DNA of 64,000 bases from Carcharhinus longimanus (lineage: Eukaryota): contig JASCQW010000112.1 of NCBI GenBank assembly GCA_030264375.1, positions 47,551,803 to 47,615,802 of the forward strand, in the 5' to 3' direction. Positions 63,960 through 64,000 of this stretch are shown here, one piece after another (the stretch's first letter is position 1; each line of letters begins with the position of its first letter). The notes beneath the pieces are model-generated. The model saw nothing but the letters and a program-made list of their open reading frames with translations. It did not search any database and was not told where the DNA came from. Made by a program: the position numbers and the translations under genes.

Positions 63960-64000
63960 AAGTATGGTTAGTGCTGCTGCCTCACAATGTCAGGGACCCG
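63960..64000 (+). mobile_element. HE1 SINE head, truncated by the window end
   Basis: tggttagtgctgctgcctcacaatgtcagggacccg. Confidence 0.7.

Overview
Eukaryotic, repeat-rich vertebrate DNA, almost certainly a shark (elasmobranch) draft assembly: many HE1/V-SINE copies, CR1, L2, RTE, Rex-Babar and Tx1 LINE fragments, Deu-SINEs, Penelope-like (PLE) elements, a decayed Gypsy element and eight larger N-gaps. The only host coding sequence I recognise is two consecutive shroom2 exons (31729-32211 and 33158-33329, + strand, leading into the ASD2 domain). They lie in a ~2 kb GC/CpG-rich island that starts right after a gap, and I could not find their neighbouring exons. The most notable signals are: (i) two families of head-to-head PLE-derived palindromes with minimal dimer-type hammerhead ribozyme motifs, one copy (43-84, minus strand) apparently intact; (ii) a Penelope GIY-YIG fragment with an internal inversion; (iii) a 141-bp inverted copy of nearby unique DNA inserted into a SINE head; (iv) a ~1.5 kb diverged palindrome at 62.0-63.5 kb. 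I found no evidence for a novel protein-coding system; nearly all listed ORFs are repeat-derived or spurious. All assignments are by eye and from remembered family sequences. Repeat boundaries are approximate (about +/-20 bp unless stated).
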